Shown piece by piece: positions 29,773 to 40,834 of a DNA stretch of 64,000 nucleotides. The notes under the pieces are model-generated. The model was not told the origin of the DNA. It was given only the letters and a program-made list of their open reading frames with translations, and ran no database searches. The DNA comes from Pirellulales bacterium (GTDB lineage: Bacteria; Planctomycetota; Planctomycetia; Pirellulales; PALSA-1355): positions 1 to 64,000 of the forward strand of contig CAVTBU010000003.1 in the NCBI GenBank assembly GCA_963733035.1, read 5' to 3'. Both the position numbers and the translations under genes were made by a program. The stretch's first letter is position 1; each line of letters starts with the position of its first letter.

Positions 29773-30675
29773 ATGTACGTACACCGGCTAGCATCGAGCG
29801 TGGTAGTTCGAGCGCCGGCGAAGTTGAATCTCTTTTTCGAGGTGCTGGCTCGCCGAAGCGATGGCTACCATGAGATCGAAACGCTCATGGTTCCGATTGG
29901 CTTGTACGACACGCTAACTGCGCGCGTCGAGCCTAGCGGAGCGGTGCATCTCGACTGTCGCTGGGCCAACGGTGGCTCCGGGAGCGATTCATTGGGCCAG
30001 TTGCCCGCGGCGGAAAACAATCTTGCTTTTCGCGCCGTTACGCTGTTGCGCCAGCATGCCGGAGTCGACCTCGGCATTTCGATGACACTGGCGAAGCGAA
30101 TTCCCTCGGCGTCTGGCCTTGGAGGTGGTTCGAGCGACGCGGCCGCCGCGCTGTTGGCGGCCAACGAGGTTTGGAATCTTGGCTATTCGCGTCCGCAATT
30201 GGGGGAACTTGGCGCCAAGTTGGGTAGCGATGTGCCCTTTTTCCTGGGCCAAGGGGCCGCGGTTTGTCGCGGTCGCGGCGAACGGATTGAATCTCAGCGC
30301 GGGTTGACGCCGTTGCACGTCGTCGTCGTGCGTCCACCGGCCGGGTTGTCGACAGCGGAAGTCTATGGGAAGTGCGAAGTGGCCAATCAGCCGCGTCGCG
30401 TAGCACCGCTGTTGGCGGCGCTACAACAAGGCAACGTGCGGAACTTGAAAAAGCTGGTCTATAACCGGCTGCAACCAGCAGCCGAAATTTTGTGCCCGTG
30501 GGTCGAGCGACTGCATCGCGAATTGGCCGGCCAGGATTGCCTGGCGAACCAGATGAGCGGCAGCGGGACAAGCTATTTTGGGATTTGCCGTCACGCTCGG
30601 CACGCACGGCGTGTCGCGGGACGATTGCATTCGCGGGGCGTGGGTCGAGTCTATGCCACTAGCACTTGCAATTAA
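29773..30675 (+). CDS. ispE: 4-diphosphocytidyl-2-C-methyl-D-erythritol kinase
   Basis: APAKLNL, KRIP...GLGGGSSDAA, GSDVPFF, MSGSG. Confidence 0.96.
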   Translation: MYVHRLASSVVVRAPAKLNLFFEVLARRSDGYHEIETLMVPIGLYDTLTARVEPSGAVHLDCRWANGGSGSDSLGQLPAAENNLAFRAVTLLRQHAGVDLGISMTLAKRIPSASGLGGGSSDAAAALLAANEVWNLGYSRPQLGELGAKLGSDVPFFLGQGAAVCRGRGERIESQRGLTPLHVVVVRPPAGLSTAEVYGKCEVANQPRRVAPLLAALQQGNVRNLKKLVYNRLQPAAEILCPWVERLHRELAGQDCLANQMSGSGTSYFGICRHARHARRVAGRLHSRGVGRVYATSTCN

Positions 30676-30699
30676 CGCCAGTTCGTAAGGAGAACGGCC

Positions 30700-31320
30700 G
30701 TGGAAATCACCGAGGTCCGCATTAAGCTCATGGAAGAGGCCAGCGAACGGTTGCAAGCCTTCTGCTCAATCACGTTCGACAATAGCTTCGTCATCCGCGA
30801 TCTGAAAATCATCGACGGCGTCAACGGTCCGTTCGTGGCGATGCCAAGTCGCAAACTCACGGCCCACTGCCCGCATTGCGGATGCAAGAATCACCTCCGC
30901 GCGGCGCATTGCAATCAATGTGGCGGGCGTTTGAGCGAGGACCGCTTGGTGAAGGATGAGGATGGGCGGGCCAAGCTGTATGCCGACATTGCGCACCCGA
31001 TCAATTCTGCCTGCCGCGAAATGATTCAGGACCGCGTGATTACGGAGTTTCGATTGGAACTCGATCGGTCGAAGATGCCGGGCTACAAGTCGACTTACGA
31101 CGACTACGACCACGACGTGGACCTCCCGCCGCCCAGCAGGGAATCGCGCGAGCGGGAGGCTGCCCAGCGCAAGACGACGCACGTGCAACCGGCCGAACCA
31201 CAGCCGCGCAGCCCGCACAAAAAGGCCGTGCCGCAGCCGCAAGCAGGCAACTCGGTCCCGCATTCCGCTCCTTCGCAGCAAGGCGCGAACCGCGACGGAT
31301 TCGGGGCGGGAATCTTTTAG
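30700..31320 (+). CDS. spoVG: SpoVG family protein with Zn-ribbon insertion
   Basis: MEITEVRI...FVAMPSRK...YADIAHPIN. Confidence 0.92.
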   Translation: MEITEVRIKLMEEASERLQAFCSITFDNSFVIRDLKIIDGVNGPFVAMPSRKLTAHCPHCGCKNHLRAAHCNQCGGRLSEDRLVKDEDGRAKLYADIAHPINSACREMIQDRVITEFRLELDRSKMPGYKSTYDDYDHDVDLPPPSRESREREAAQRKTTHVQPAEPQPRSPHKKAVPQPQAGNSVPHSAPSQQGANRDGFGAGIF

Positions 31321-31551
31321 GCAGTTTTCGCGGCGGAAGCGATGATGCTCGTTTTTCCGACGCGGACCGGCCAATCCGCAATCTCGTCACAATCCGCGCG
31401 TACGAACGCACGTCGAGGCTGCGTTGCCGAAACGCGACGCGATGCGTTTGCACATCACCGGGCATGAGGTATGGTTCCCTAGCCTGCCTTTCGCGCTTCC
31501 TTATGCGCGAAGCATGAACCCACCTTAACTTTCCTGCCCGGAGAGAGAACG

Positions 31552-31800
31552 ATGCGTAAACTACTGATTTTGACGGCCCTCGCGTTGTTGACGGCTGGCA
31601 CGACCGGCTGCTTCCACAACAATTGCGGCACGGGTTGGCGGCCTGGCGGACTGTTCAGCAGTCGTCAGCCGACTCAGGCCCCGTACCAATGTTGCCAACC
31701 TGTTCAATGCTGCGATCCCTGCGCTGGTGCAACCATGGTTGGATCGCCGATGATGGCGGCTCCGATGGCCGCGCCGGTATCGGCACCCTGTTGCCCGTAA
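31552..31800 (+). CDS. Small Cys-rich lipoprotein
   Basis: GGAGAG RBS; signal peptide ending TTGC; CC repeats. Confidence 0.75.
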   Translation: MRKLLILTALALLTAGTTGCFHNNCGTGWRPGGLFSSRQPTQAPYQCCQPVQCCDPCAGATMVGSPMMAAPMAAPVSAPCCP

Positions 31801-31882
31801 CCGCGGCCAAGGAAGTTTTTGAAACCGGGCCTGCGAGCCCGGCGCGTTTCGCAGTCGCCAGCACGTTTGGAGACGGGGGCGG

Positions 31883-32674
31883 CTACGCGAAGTAACGCAC
31901 GGCATTTTGAAACACGCGCAACCCGTCGCCGGCCTCTCGTGCCGGCTGACGGGTCCAGCGTGGATGCTGCGTGAAATCGATATGACGCTCGGGATGCGGC
32001 ATCAGTCCGCAGACCCTGCCCGTGACGTCGCACACGCCCGCCACGTCGGCCAGCGAGCCGTTGGGGTTCTCGGGATACGGGACCCGCGGTTCCATCCGCG
32101 CACTCTCGCCGACCTTCGTGCCGTAGCGCAACACGAGCTGCCCGCCGGCATCGAGCTCGCCGAGCACTTGCTGGTCGCGCGGTACAAACTTTCCCTCGGC
32201 GTGGGCGATTGGCAGATACATTTGCTCGATGTTGCTGAAGAACACGCTCTTGCCGCCGCAGGTGACCAGCGGCACCCAACGGTCCTCGAATTTGCCAGAG
32301 TCGTTCCAAGTGAGCGTGGCCGGTGCTGAAGTGTCGTCTTGCAATGGCAACAGCACGCCGCTCTTGATCAACACTTGAAAACCGTTGCAGATTCCCAGGA
32401 TCAACTTGCCGGCGGCGTGGAATTCGCGCAGGCAGCCAAACAGGTGGTGGCGGATCTGGTTTCCGAGAATGCGCCCGGCGGCCACGTCGTCGCCATAGCT
32501 GAAGCCCCCGGGCACGCAGAGGATCTGAAAATCGTTTACGAGCGCGGACGATTCGAGTAGCCGATTCACGTGCAACCGCTGGGCGAGTCCACCGGCGCGC
32601 TCGAAGGCGAACGCGGTTTCCTCGTCGCAGTTCGTACCGGGGGCTCGCAAGATTAGCACGCGTGGTTGTGCCAT
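31883..32674 (-). CDS. purQ: FGAM synthase glutaminase subunit
   Basis: PGTNCD, PGGFSYGD, GICNGFQ, MPHPER. Confidence 0.96.
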   Translation of the reverse strand: MAQPRVLILRAPGTNCDEETAFAFERAGGLAQRLHVNRLLESSALVNDFQILCVPGGFSYGDDVAAGRILGNQIRHHLFGCLREFHAAGKLILGICNGFQVLIKSGVLLPLQDDTSAPATLTWNDSGKFEDRWVPLVTCGGKSVFFSNIEQMYLPIAHAEGKFVPRDQQVLGELDAGGQLVLRYGTKVGESARMEPRVPYPENPNGSLADVAGVCDVTGRVCGLMPHPERHIDFTQHPRWTRQPAREAGDGLRVFQNAVRYFA

Positions 32675-32710
32675 GAACGTCGACCAACAGTTCTTCGGGG
32701 TTTGCTGTGC

Positions 32711-35659
32711 TTAGGTCCAATCCAGCGGTGCCAGCCAGGCCGCCTTCAGGCGGTCGAGGCCAACGACCATCACGGGGTGTCCGGCGTGCGACACCTGTAA
32801 GTCTTGCTGGGCAATCACTTCGCCGAGCCGGCCGAACGGAACGCCCTCGAGTTGCTTCTCGAACGCAGCGGCCTGCTCGGGCGGAACTTCGCACAGGAAA
32901 CGGGTGTTCGATTCGGAAAACAAGAGCACGGCCGCCGTGTGTGGATCGCTGGCGGTTGTGTGCGGCACGGCGGCCAGGTCGACTTTGGCTCCCAGCCCTC
33001 CTGCAAAAGCCATTTCGGCAAGGGCCACGGCCAGGCCACCTTCGCTGAGGTCATGACACGACCGCACTCGCCCGGCGGTGATCGCGGCATGCACGGCGTC
33101 GAACGTTTGTTTGGCGACTTGAGCGTCGACGCGCGGCACCTGGCCGCCGGGCAGATGGTGGATGGCGGCAAAGTGCGAGCCGCCTAGCTCGTCATGCGTC
33201 GTGCCGACGAGATAGATGTAGTTGCCCGCTGCCTTGAGGTCCATGGTGACGGCTCGGGCGACGTCGTCGATCTGCCCGAGCGCGCTGATCAGCAGCGACG
33301 GCGGAATGCCGATCGATTGGGTTTGGCCCGCCTGGTCGACGTAGCGGAATTCGTTGTTGAGGCTGTCCTTGCCGCTGATGAACGGCGTGCCCAGGGCCAC
33401 GGCCAGATCGTGACAGGCCAAGGCCGCGCGAACCAACGAACCCAAGGTTTGCGGTCGGTCGGTGTTGCCCCAGCAGAAGTTGTCGAGGATAGCGATACGG
33501 CTCGGATCGGCTCCCACGGCCACGCAGTTTCGCAGGGCCTCGTCGATGGCGCTGGCGGCCATGTGATAGGTGTCGAAATCGCCAAAGCGGGGATTCATGC
33601 CGCACGCCACGACCACACCGCGCCGGGAATTGAGCACCGGCCGCACCACGGCGGCGTCACTCGGACCGTCGTTGTTTACGCCCACGAGCGGCTTGACGAC
33701 GCTGCCGCCTTGTACCTCGTGGTCGTACTGGCGGATTACCCAGTGTTTGCTGGCTACGTTGAGCGATCCGAGGATCCGCGTGAGCGATTCGGTGAGGTTG
33801 GTTCCGGCCTCGGCGGTGATGCGCAGCGGTTCGACACCGGGAGGATCGTAGGATGCCTCGCGGACCACGGGCGGTCGGCCGTCGTGGAGAAACTCCATCG
33901 ACAGTTCGCCCACCACGTGTTCGCCGAATTTCAATTGCAGCCGGCCGGTGGGCACGAACTGGCCGATGACGGTTGCCTCCACGCCTTCGCGGGCGGCCAG
34001 CTCGCAAAACTCCGTCCACTTATCAGGCGGCACGGCCAAGACCATCCGCTCCTGGGCTTCGGAGATCCAGATTTCCGTGTAGGAGAGGCCTTCGTATTTG
34101 AGCGGAGCTTTGTCGAGCCACACTTCGGCGCCGATTTTTTCGCCCATCTCGCCCACGGCACTCGAAAAACCGCCAGCGCCGCAATCGGTCACGGCGTTGA
34201 AGAGCCCCCGATCGCGGGCTTGCAGCAGGACGTCGAGCACCATCTTCTCAGTGATGGCGTTGCCGATCTGCACGGCACCGCCCGAGAGGCTTTCGCTTTC
34301 GTGCGTCAATTCGGCCGAACTGAACGTGGCGCCGTGAATCCCGTCGCGACCCGTGCGTCCGCCGAGGGCCACCACGTAGTCGCCCGGTTTCACCTCCTTG
34401 AAGGATTTGTCGCGCGGAATCAGGCCGACGTTGCCGCAATAGACCAGCGGATTGCCGAGGTAACGCCGGTCGAAGTAGATCGCTCCGTTGACCGTCGGAA
34501 TGCCCATGCGATTGCCGTAGTCGCGCACGCCCGAGACGACGCCCTGCATGACGCGCTTGGGGTGCAAAGCTCCTGTGGGAATTGCCGCCGCGGGGGTATC
34601 GGGCGGGGCGAAGCAGAACACGTCGGTGTTGCAAATTGGCTTGGCGCCGAGTCCCGTGCCAAGCGGGTCGCGGATCACGCCGCCAATGCCCGTGTTGGCG
34701 CCGCCGTAGGGTTCGAGCGCCGAGGGATGATTGTGCGTTTCGACCTTGAAGACGATGTTGTAGTCGTCATCGAAGCGGACGACCCCGGCGTTGTCGGCGA
34801 ACACGCTCACGCACCAGTCCTGCTCGCCGAGCGATTGCCGGATTGTGTTCGTGGCGGCGAAAATGGTTTCCTTGAGCATATTGCCGAACGACCGCGGGCC
34901 GTCGGGCCCACGGTAGGCGATGCGGCCGGCCAGCGTTTTGTGGCTGCAGTGCTCGCTCCAGGTTTGGGCGACCGTTTCCAGTTCGATGTCGGTTGGATCG
35001 CGGTCGAGCTGGCGGAAGTGAGCCTGGATGGTCTGCATTTCGACGAGTGACAGATATAGCTGTCCCTCGCGGCTGAGTCGCACGAGGGCATCGTCGTCGA
35101 GCGACCGGAACGGCACGCGGACGAGCTCGAATCTGTACGGCGAACCAAGTTCCAGATGATCGAACGGCAGGCCGCCCACGATCACCTGTTCGATGGCATC
35201 GTTGGCCAGCACCTTGGCGCAAATCAGCTTCAGGTCGTCGTCGCTGATTTCGGCAAACCAATATTTCCGCAGCGTTCGCACGGCATCTGGTTTTCGTCCG
35301 AAGTCGGCGATCGCCGTCATGGCGCTTTGCGCAACGGGGTCCATTACTCCCGGCTTGGGGAGCACGTGCACCACGCTGCGATGCCCTGGAGCACTGTCGA
35401 GTCCGGCGGCCAGCGGGTCGACGAGGCGGTGGTCGCCGACCGGAGCGATGACAGCCCGCTCAACGACGCTATCAGCGAGCAAATGGCGGCTGATGCGACC
35501 GACTTCGATGTCGTCGAGGTCTCCCTGGATCAAGTATCCGGTGGCGGCGGACGCGACGAGTCCGTCGGGAAGCCCCAATTCCATGGCCGCGGCAGCAGCG
35601 CTCTCCGCGGCTCGATTGGGTTGGCCGGCGGCCGGATAGATGTCAACTTCCCACAGCAT
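32711..35659 (-). CDS. purL: FGAM synthase subunit PurL with PurS-like N-terminal region
   Basis: [32 protein letters not shown]. Confidence 0.96.
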   Translation of the reverse strand: MLWEVDIYPAAGQPNRAAESAAAAAMELGLPDGLVASAATGYLIQGDLDDIEVGRISRHLLADSVVERAVIAPVGDHRLVDPLAAGLDSAPGHRSVVHVLPKPGVMDPVAQSAMTAIADFGRKPDAVRTLRKYWFAEISDDDLKLICAKVLANDAIEQVIVGGLPFDHLELGSPYRFELVRVPFRSLDDDALVRLSREGQLYLSLVEMQTIQAHFRQLDRDPTDIELETVAQTWSEHCSHKTLAGRIAYRGPDGPRSFGNMLKETIFAATNTIRQSLGEQDWCVSVFADNAGVVRFDDDYNIVFKVETHNHPSALEPYGGANTGIGGVIRDPLGTGLGAKPICNTDVFCFAPPDTPAAAIPTGALHPKRVMQGVVSGVRDYGNRMGIPTVNGAIYFDRRYLGNPLVYCGNVGLIPRDKSFKEVKPGDYVVALGGRTGRDGIHGATFSSAELTHESESLSGGAVQIGNAITEKMVLDVLLQARDRGLFNAVTDCGAGGFSSAVGEMGEKIGAEVWLDKAPLKYEGLSYTEIWISEAQERMVLAVPPDKWTEFCELAAREGVEATVIGQFVPTGRLQLKFGEHVVGELSMEFLHDGRPPVVREASYDPPGVEPLRITAEAGTNLTESLTRILGSLNVASKHWVIRQYDHEVQGGSVVKPLVGVNNDGPSDAAVVRPVLNSRRGVVVACGMNPRFGDFDTYHMAASAIDEALRNCVAVGADPSRIAILDNFCWGNTDRPQTLGSLVRAALACHDLAVALGTPFISGKDSLNNEFRYVDQAGQTQSIGIPPSLLISALGQIDDVARAVTMDLKAAGNYIYLVGTTHDELGGSHFAAIHHLPGGQVPRVDAQVAKQTFDAVHAAITAGRVRSCHDLSEGGLAVALAEMAFAGGLGAKVDLAAVPHTTASDPHTAAVLLFSESNTRFLCEVPPEQAAAFEKQLEGVPFGRLGEVIAQQDLQVSHAGHPVMVVGLDRLKAAWLAPLDWT

Positions 35660-36502
35660 CGCGGATGCGCTTGGCCTCAGTAAGGAGTCGTTCCAGTTCT
35701 GCAGCGTCCCGTGCCTCGATTGCATGACGCCAGGCTTCGAGCAGGGTCGAAAACTCGGCGAATGCCGCCAGCAGGTTTTCCCGATTCGCCAGCATGATCT
35801 GTCGCCACAGCGCCGGATCGCCGGCGGCAATGCGGGTCGTGTCCTGCCATCCGCCAGCCGTAAGCGTAACGTACCGCTCGGGCGTCGTGCCCGCAATGGC
35901 CGCGGCTACCAGGTGTGGCAGGTGACTGGTGACGGCCAGGGCTCGATCGTGCTCGTCGGCCGGCATTTCGACGACTTTGGCACCCACAGCGGCCCAGAAT
36001 TCGTTCAGGCGACGGACGTCATCTGGGCGCGAAGTTTTCACCGGCGTGACCACGACGGTTCGACCCGCGAACAGCTCGGCGGTCGCATGCTGAGGTCCCT
36101 TTTTTTCGTTTCCCGCCAGCGGATGGCTGCCGATGAAACGAACGTCGGTTGGCCAATTTGCCTCCGTGGCGGCGTTGGTTAGTTCGGAGACAATGGCGCC
36201 CTTGGTACTGCCGGCATCGGTGACGAGCGTTCCCGGATCACAATGCGGGGCCAGTTGCTTGACTTGCTGAACGATATGATCGACCGGGCGCAGACGACGA
36301 CCAACTGGCTGCCGGCGACGGCTTGTTTCGCATCCGTGGCGACTTCGGTGATCGCGCCGAGTTGTTGGGCAGATTCGAGCGTCGCCTGACGCGAGCCGTA
36401 ACCCACCACGCGGAGTTTGGCGTCACGTCGGCGCAGCGCCAAACCGATCGATCCCCCGATCAGACCCACGCCAACGACGGTGACGGAACGCACGGTATTC
36501 AT
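35643..36502 (-). CDS. tyrA: Prephenate/arogenate dehydrogenase; apparent frameshift ~36290
   Basis: [36 protein letters not shown]. Confidence 0.9.
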
Positions 36503-36619
36503 TTGGAGAAGCGGCGATTGTAGCAGATTGGGCGCAGACTGTGCAGGCGGGGGCATGCCAGAGCAGAAGCGAAACTCGAGTGCCAGAACGTCGATTCGGA
36601 TGGCGCCGCCTGTCGCCTG

Positions 36620-37999
36620 TTACGGCAACAGTTCGTCGACATCGTCTTTTTTGGGGGCGCTTAGCAGGGCGCGGTTCTTGGCGAGGAACTGCCCCAGGAA
36701 ATCACTCAAGGCGTAGGCCGGCGCGGCCCCGACGGTTTCCCTGGCCGCCAGATTCTCGACGCCCAGCACGTCGGCTTCGGCCTGCATGAGCTGCTTCTTG
36801 GCCGACGCCTCGCGCTGGGCAATGAGCGGCATGTAGGCCGACTTGCAGGCTTCGACGCATTGGGCGTGAATCTCAGCCGGCAGCCGGACGTTCTGCAGCG
36901 TCACTTCGTGTACTTCGATGCCATACTGCGAGACGCGCTCGCGCAAGGCACCATAAATCCGGCCGGCCAAATTGTCGGTGCCCGAGCGGTAGCCCCGATC
37001 GGTTGGTGAAAACTGGGCGTTTTCGGGAACGTTTACCTGCAACTTCTGCCGCAGGTCGGGCGGCAAATCTTCGGCTACCTGATCGGCCACAAGCAAGCCC
37101 GTGTTGAGCCGCGAGACGACAGCGCGGGTTTGTTCCTCGGCGGTCCAACGGAGCCATTCGACGGCCAGCGCCATTTTGCGGCGCGATTCGACTTCGTAAC
37201 GGGGTATGCCTGCTTCGTGCATTTGCTTGAGCTCGCTCTTGAGCTCCGGCCGCTGCCCGACTTTGCTGACGTCGCTGCTAACCAGCAGATAGAAATGCTC
37301 CAGCGAGACGATGCGCCATTTAATGGTGCCACGCACGGTGATCGGCAGGTACTCGCGGGTCAGGACGTCTTCGTCCTCGAAGATGAGCGACTGCGGTTCG
37401 AGCGGCACGCGGAGCGCGATTTCCTCGCCGAGCATGTGGCGAATCAGCTTGATACCGCCGCCGTCGTGCAGGTTGTCGTCGACATAGTGCACGACCTTGT
37501 TGCGCAGAATGAGAATGCCTTGCGTCGGGTTCCAGCCGACCAGGCTCATCAGACCGAACAGCAGCGACTGGTCTCCCTTGCGAATGACTCGCGACTTGGC
37601 AGTCAACAGGATGATGCCGTGCACGGCCAGCACGAGCGAGGCGAGCATCAGGAAGCTAATCGCGAGCCACCCCAAGAAGGGGACCAAGGCCACGACACCC
37701 ATGCACAACAAAAACAGCAGCGCCCACAGCATGAAATAGATCAAGAGCACCTGGCCGATGCCGGTGGTCGTGGGGTAACCTCGCTCGGCCTGGGAAAAAC
37801 CCTCGATCGGTCCGATGCGGGCGTCGGGCGGGGCGAGGATGGGGTCGGCGAATTTGCGGGGAACATTGTCGAGCGTGGCCGGCATCTGCGCGGGTACCTC
37901 GATCGGTCGTCCGCACTTGGGACAAGGATAACGCTTTCCGACCTGATCGTCCCGAGCGGCGACGCGCTGACCACACGAACAACGGAGTTCAACCGGCAT
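36620..37999 (-). CDS. Zn-ribbon + 2 TM + SPFH/Band-7-like protein
   Basis: CSCG...CPKCG; two TM segments; DVLTRE...YGIEVHEVTLQNVRLP. Confidence 0.75.
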   Translation of the reverse strand: MPVELRCSCGQRVAARDDQVGKRYPCPKCGRPIEVPAQMPATLDNVPRKFADPILAPPDARIGPIEGFSQAERGYPTTTGIGQVLLIYFMLWALLFLLCMGVVALVPFLGWLAISFLMLASLVLAVHGIILLTAKSRVIRKGDQSLLFGLMSLVGWNPTQGILILRNKVVHYVDDNLHDGGGIKLIRHMLGEEIALRVPLEPQSLIFEDEDVLTREYLPITVRGTIKWRIVSLEHFYLLVSSDVSKVGQRPELKSELKQMHEAGIPRYEVESRRKMALAVEWLRWTAEEQTRAVVSRLNTGLLVADQVAEDLPPDLRQKLQVNVPENAQFSPTDRGYRSGTDNLAGRIYGALRERVSQYGIEVHEVTLQNVRLPAEIHAQCVEACKSAYMPLIAQREASAKKQLMQAEADVLGVENLAARETVGAAPAYALSDFLGQFLAKNRALLSAPKKDDVDELLP

Positions 38000-38240
38000 C
38001 AATTTCTCCCTGGCCGGGCGGACTTCGCGTCCCGCCGGCCGGAACTTGGCGGAGGGGCGAAATCCTCCTGATGGACAGTACATTCAACTCTAGGAGAGGG
38101 CCGTGGCCTTTGCAAGCAAGGCGCGACCGAGGACCAGGCGGCGGCCAGTGCCGGAACAGCGGTATGAAACCCGATCGGCAAGTCCCGCTCATTTCGCTAA
38201 CCGACAAAGCCGGGTATTCTGGAGTCAGGAGAATACGATC

Positions 38241-39284
38241 ATGATCGGCCAGGCGCGGATCGGGACCAAAACGCTCGCCAACCTATGCCGGCGGCTGGCG
38301 ATTTCGCTTTCGGCGGGTGTCGACGTACGCAACGTTTGGATGCGCGAGGCCGGCAGCGCGCATGGGGCCGCACGCAGGCACTTTGGCCAAATCCGTAGCG
38401 CCGTGGCCCGCGGTTCGACAATCAGTGACGCGCTCGACGAGACCGGCAACTACTTTCCCGAGTTCTTTCGCGAAATGGTTCGTGTCGGCGAGGAGACGGG
38501 CAACCTGCCGGAAGTGTTTCGCCAACTGGCCGAAAACTACGAGCACCAGTTGCAGATGCGGCGAACGTTGCTGACCGCAATCTCCTGGCCGATGATTGAG
38601 TTGGGACTGGCGCTCGGCGTGGTGGGGCTGGTCATCTTTGCGATGGGGGCCATTCCGCAGCTTGCCAAATCGAATATCGACATGCTGGGGCTGGGGCTCA
38701 AAGGCACCAGTGGGCTGATCGTCTATCTCGCGGTGCTGGCGGCGATCGCGGGAGGGTTGGCCGCGCTTTATCGTGCCGCCGTCCGCGGCGCGCTATGGAC
38801 CACGCCGATTCAACGCGCGCTGATGAACGTGCCGAAGCTGGGCACCGCGATGGAGACATTTGCCCTGGCACGGCTGACCTGGGCGATGCACGTGACGCTC
38901 AACTCCGGGATGGAACTGCGCAAAGCCATGGCGCTTTCGCTACGGAGCACGCAAAACGTGCTCTACACGCAACACGTCGATCGCGTCCTACGTTCCATTC
39001 GGGCAGGCAACGAGATTCACGAAGCACTGGACGACACGCGCGTGTTTCCGCCGGGCTTTGTCGACGCGGTGCACGTGGGCGAGCAGAGCGGCATGCTGTC
39101 TGAAACGATGGCCAATCTGTCGACCCAATATCAGGCCGAAGCCCGGCTGGCGATGACGGTGATTACCGCGGCCTTGGGGTTCCTGGTGTTTGTGCTGATC
39201 GCCGGGATCATCATCTTCTTCATCTATCAGATCTTTATGAATGCCTACCTGGGGCCCATCAACGATGCGCTCAAGCCGATTTAG
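38241..39284 (+). CDS. Type II secretion system F / PilC family protein
   Basis: MVRVGEETGNL and VHVGEQSG repeats, each followed by a TM segment. Confidence 0.9.
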   Translation: MIGQARIGTKTLANLCRRLAISLSAGVDVRNVWMREAGSAHGAARRHFGQIRSAVARGSTISDALDETGNYFPEFFREMVRVGEETGNLPEVFRQLAENYEHQLQMRRTLLTAISWPMIELGLALGVVGLVIFAMGAIPQLAKSNIDMLGLGLKGTSGLIVYLAVLAAIAGGLAALYRAAVRGALWTTPIQRALMNVPKLGTAMETFALARLTWAMHVTLNSGMELRKAMALSLRSTQNVLYTQHVDRVLRSIRAGNEIHEALDDTRVFPPGFVDAVHVGEQSGMLSETMANLSTQYQAEARLAMTVITAALGFLVFVLIAGIIIFFIYQIFMNAYLGPINDALKPI

Positions 39285-39388
39285 CGGGCGGCTTGGACTG
39301 GTTCGCTTGAAGCGGGGGCAGCAGTCCTTTTTTCGACGTTTTTCGCGGCTGCGAAGCAAAGAGATTCCCGTCGAAATCTCGCCGGGCT

Positions 39389-40702
39389 TCAGGCCGTGAT
39401 GCCTGCTTCGTCACGCTTTGGCGCGGTTGCCCAAAGAGACAACAGGGCCAAGGGCAGCGGCAGAAGGCCGAACAGCAGTAGCGCCGGCCCGAAGTTGCCG
39501 GCGCCGTCGTGGATTACGCCGGCAATCAGCGGGCCCAGGCTCGACGACGCGACATTGCCAGTGGCGAGAATGCCGCGGATTTTGCCCAGGTGCAGTCGGC
39601 CGAAGAAGCGCGCAAAAAGCGGTTGCGACGCGCCGAAGAAGAGGCCCTGCGAAAAGCCGAGCAGTGCGGCGGCGACGGTGGCCGTGGCGACGGAGTTCGT
39701 GCCGCGGATGATGAAGATGCCCGTGCTCATTCCCACCAGGCCCAGTGACAGCAACAGCCGGGCCGGCAGGTGGTCGGCAAGCGTACCGCCAACAAGTTGC
39801 ATTAGGGCCAGGCTGCCGGCGAATGCGGTGAGGGCGGCCGCGGCGTCCTGGGCGTCCAGTCCGCGCTCTTGAAAGATGGGCACCAGGCAGAAGAACAGGG
39901 CCGTGTGGACGAGCGAAAAACAGGAGGTGCCGCCGGCCACAATCCAGAAGGAATACTTTCGCACGGTTTCCTCGAGCGTCAGCCCCCACCAATAGTTGGC
40001 CGGCAACTTCTGGTGTGCTTCCTCGCTGACGCCGTCGAGACGCTGCCCCATGTCTTCAGGGCGGTTGCGAAAGGTAAACCAGAAAAGCGGAAACACCACA
40101 CACCAGATCGTGACCCCCAGCAGCACGTACGAGCCGCGCCAGCCCCACCGCGAAAGCAGCCACAAGTTGACCGCCGGAATGAAGAGCATGGCCATGCCCA
40201 TGCCGAATTGGCGGATCCCCTCGACCATGCCCAGCCGGCACTCAAACCAATAGGGCAAGATGTTGCCGCTGGTAAATCCCAGCGCCCCGGGGCCGAGCAT
40301 CCGCAACATGCAAAAGGCAAGCACCAGGGTGATCCATCCCTGGACGAAGGCCGTAACCAGGCAAGCCAGGCAGAAAAGCGTGATGGTGACGAGCGTGGTT
40401 AGACGTCCGCCATGCCGGTCCATCAGGGCCCCGAAGTAAGTGATGGGCAGTGCGCCGAGCAGCGTGCCGATCATGTAGGCACCGGTCAGCTGACTGTAAC
40501 TGAGACCGAGCGCCAACCGCATCGGTTCGTTGAAAATCGAGACGCCGAACGTCTGGCCGGGGGAACTGGCCACCAGCGCCACCATCGAGAGCGGCACCAT
40601 GATCCAGCCGTAGTAAAGGGTGCCAGTGCGGCGGGGGACTTGGGTGGAATTCGGTTCCAGGCAGGTATCGGTGAGCACGCTCTTCAGGTTCCAGGCAGGC
40701 AA
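39389..40702 (-). CDS. MFS transporter
   Basis: YYGW, PGQT, MDRHG, FFGRLHLGKIRG; about 12 TM segments. Confidence 0.9.
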   Translation of the reverse strand: MPAWNLKSVLTDTCLEPNSTQVPRRTGTLYYGWIMVPLSMVALVASSPGQTFGVSIFNEPMRLALGLSYSQLTGAYMIGTLLGALPITYFGALMDRHGGRLTTLVTITLFCLACLVTAFVQGWITLVLAFCMLRMLGPGALGFTSGNILPYWFECRLGMVEGIRQFGMGMAMLFIPAVNLWLLSRWGWRGSYVLLGVTIWCVVFPLFWFTFRNRPEDMGQRLDGVSEEAHQKLPANYWWGLTLEETVRKYSFWIVAGGTSCFSLVHTALFFCLVPIFQERGLDAQDAAAALTAFAGSLALMQLVGGTLADHLPARLLLSLGLVGMSTGIFIIRGTNSVATATVAAALLGFSQGLFFGASQPLFARFFGRLHLGKIRGILATGNVASSSLGPLIAGVIHDGAGNFGPALLLFGLLPLPLALLSLWATAPKRDEAGITA

Positions 40703-40834
40703 TAGTTCTTGTGAACACGATCATTCACATTTTCACCCGCTGGGACAATGCCGGATTTGGGTGGGTTCGTGGAATTCACCGAAAGCTCACGTTTCGCCGC
40801 CGGCCGACCTGCGCAAACACGCAGCGGGCAGTTT

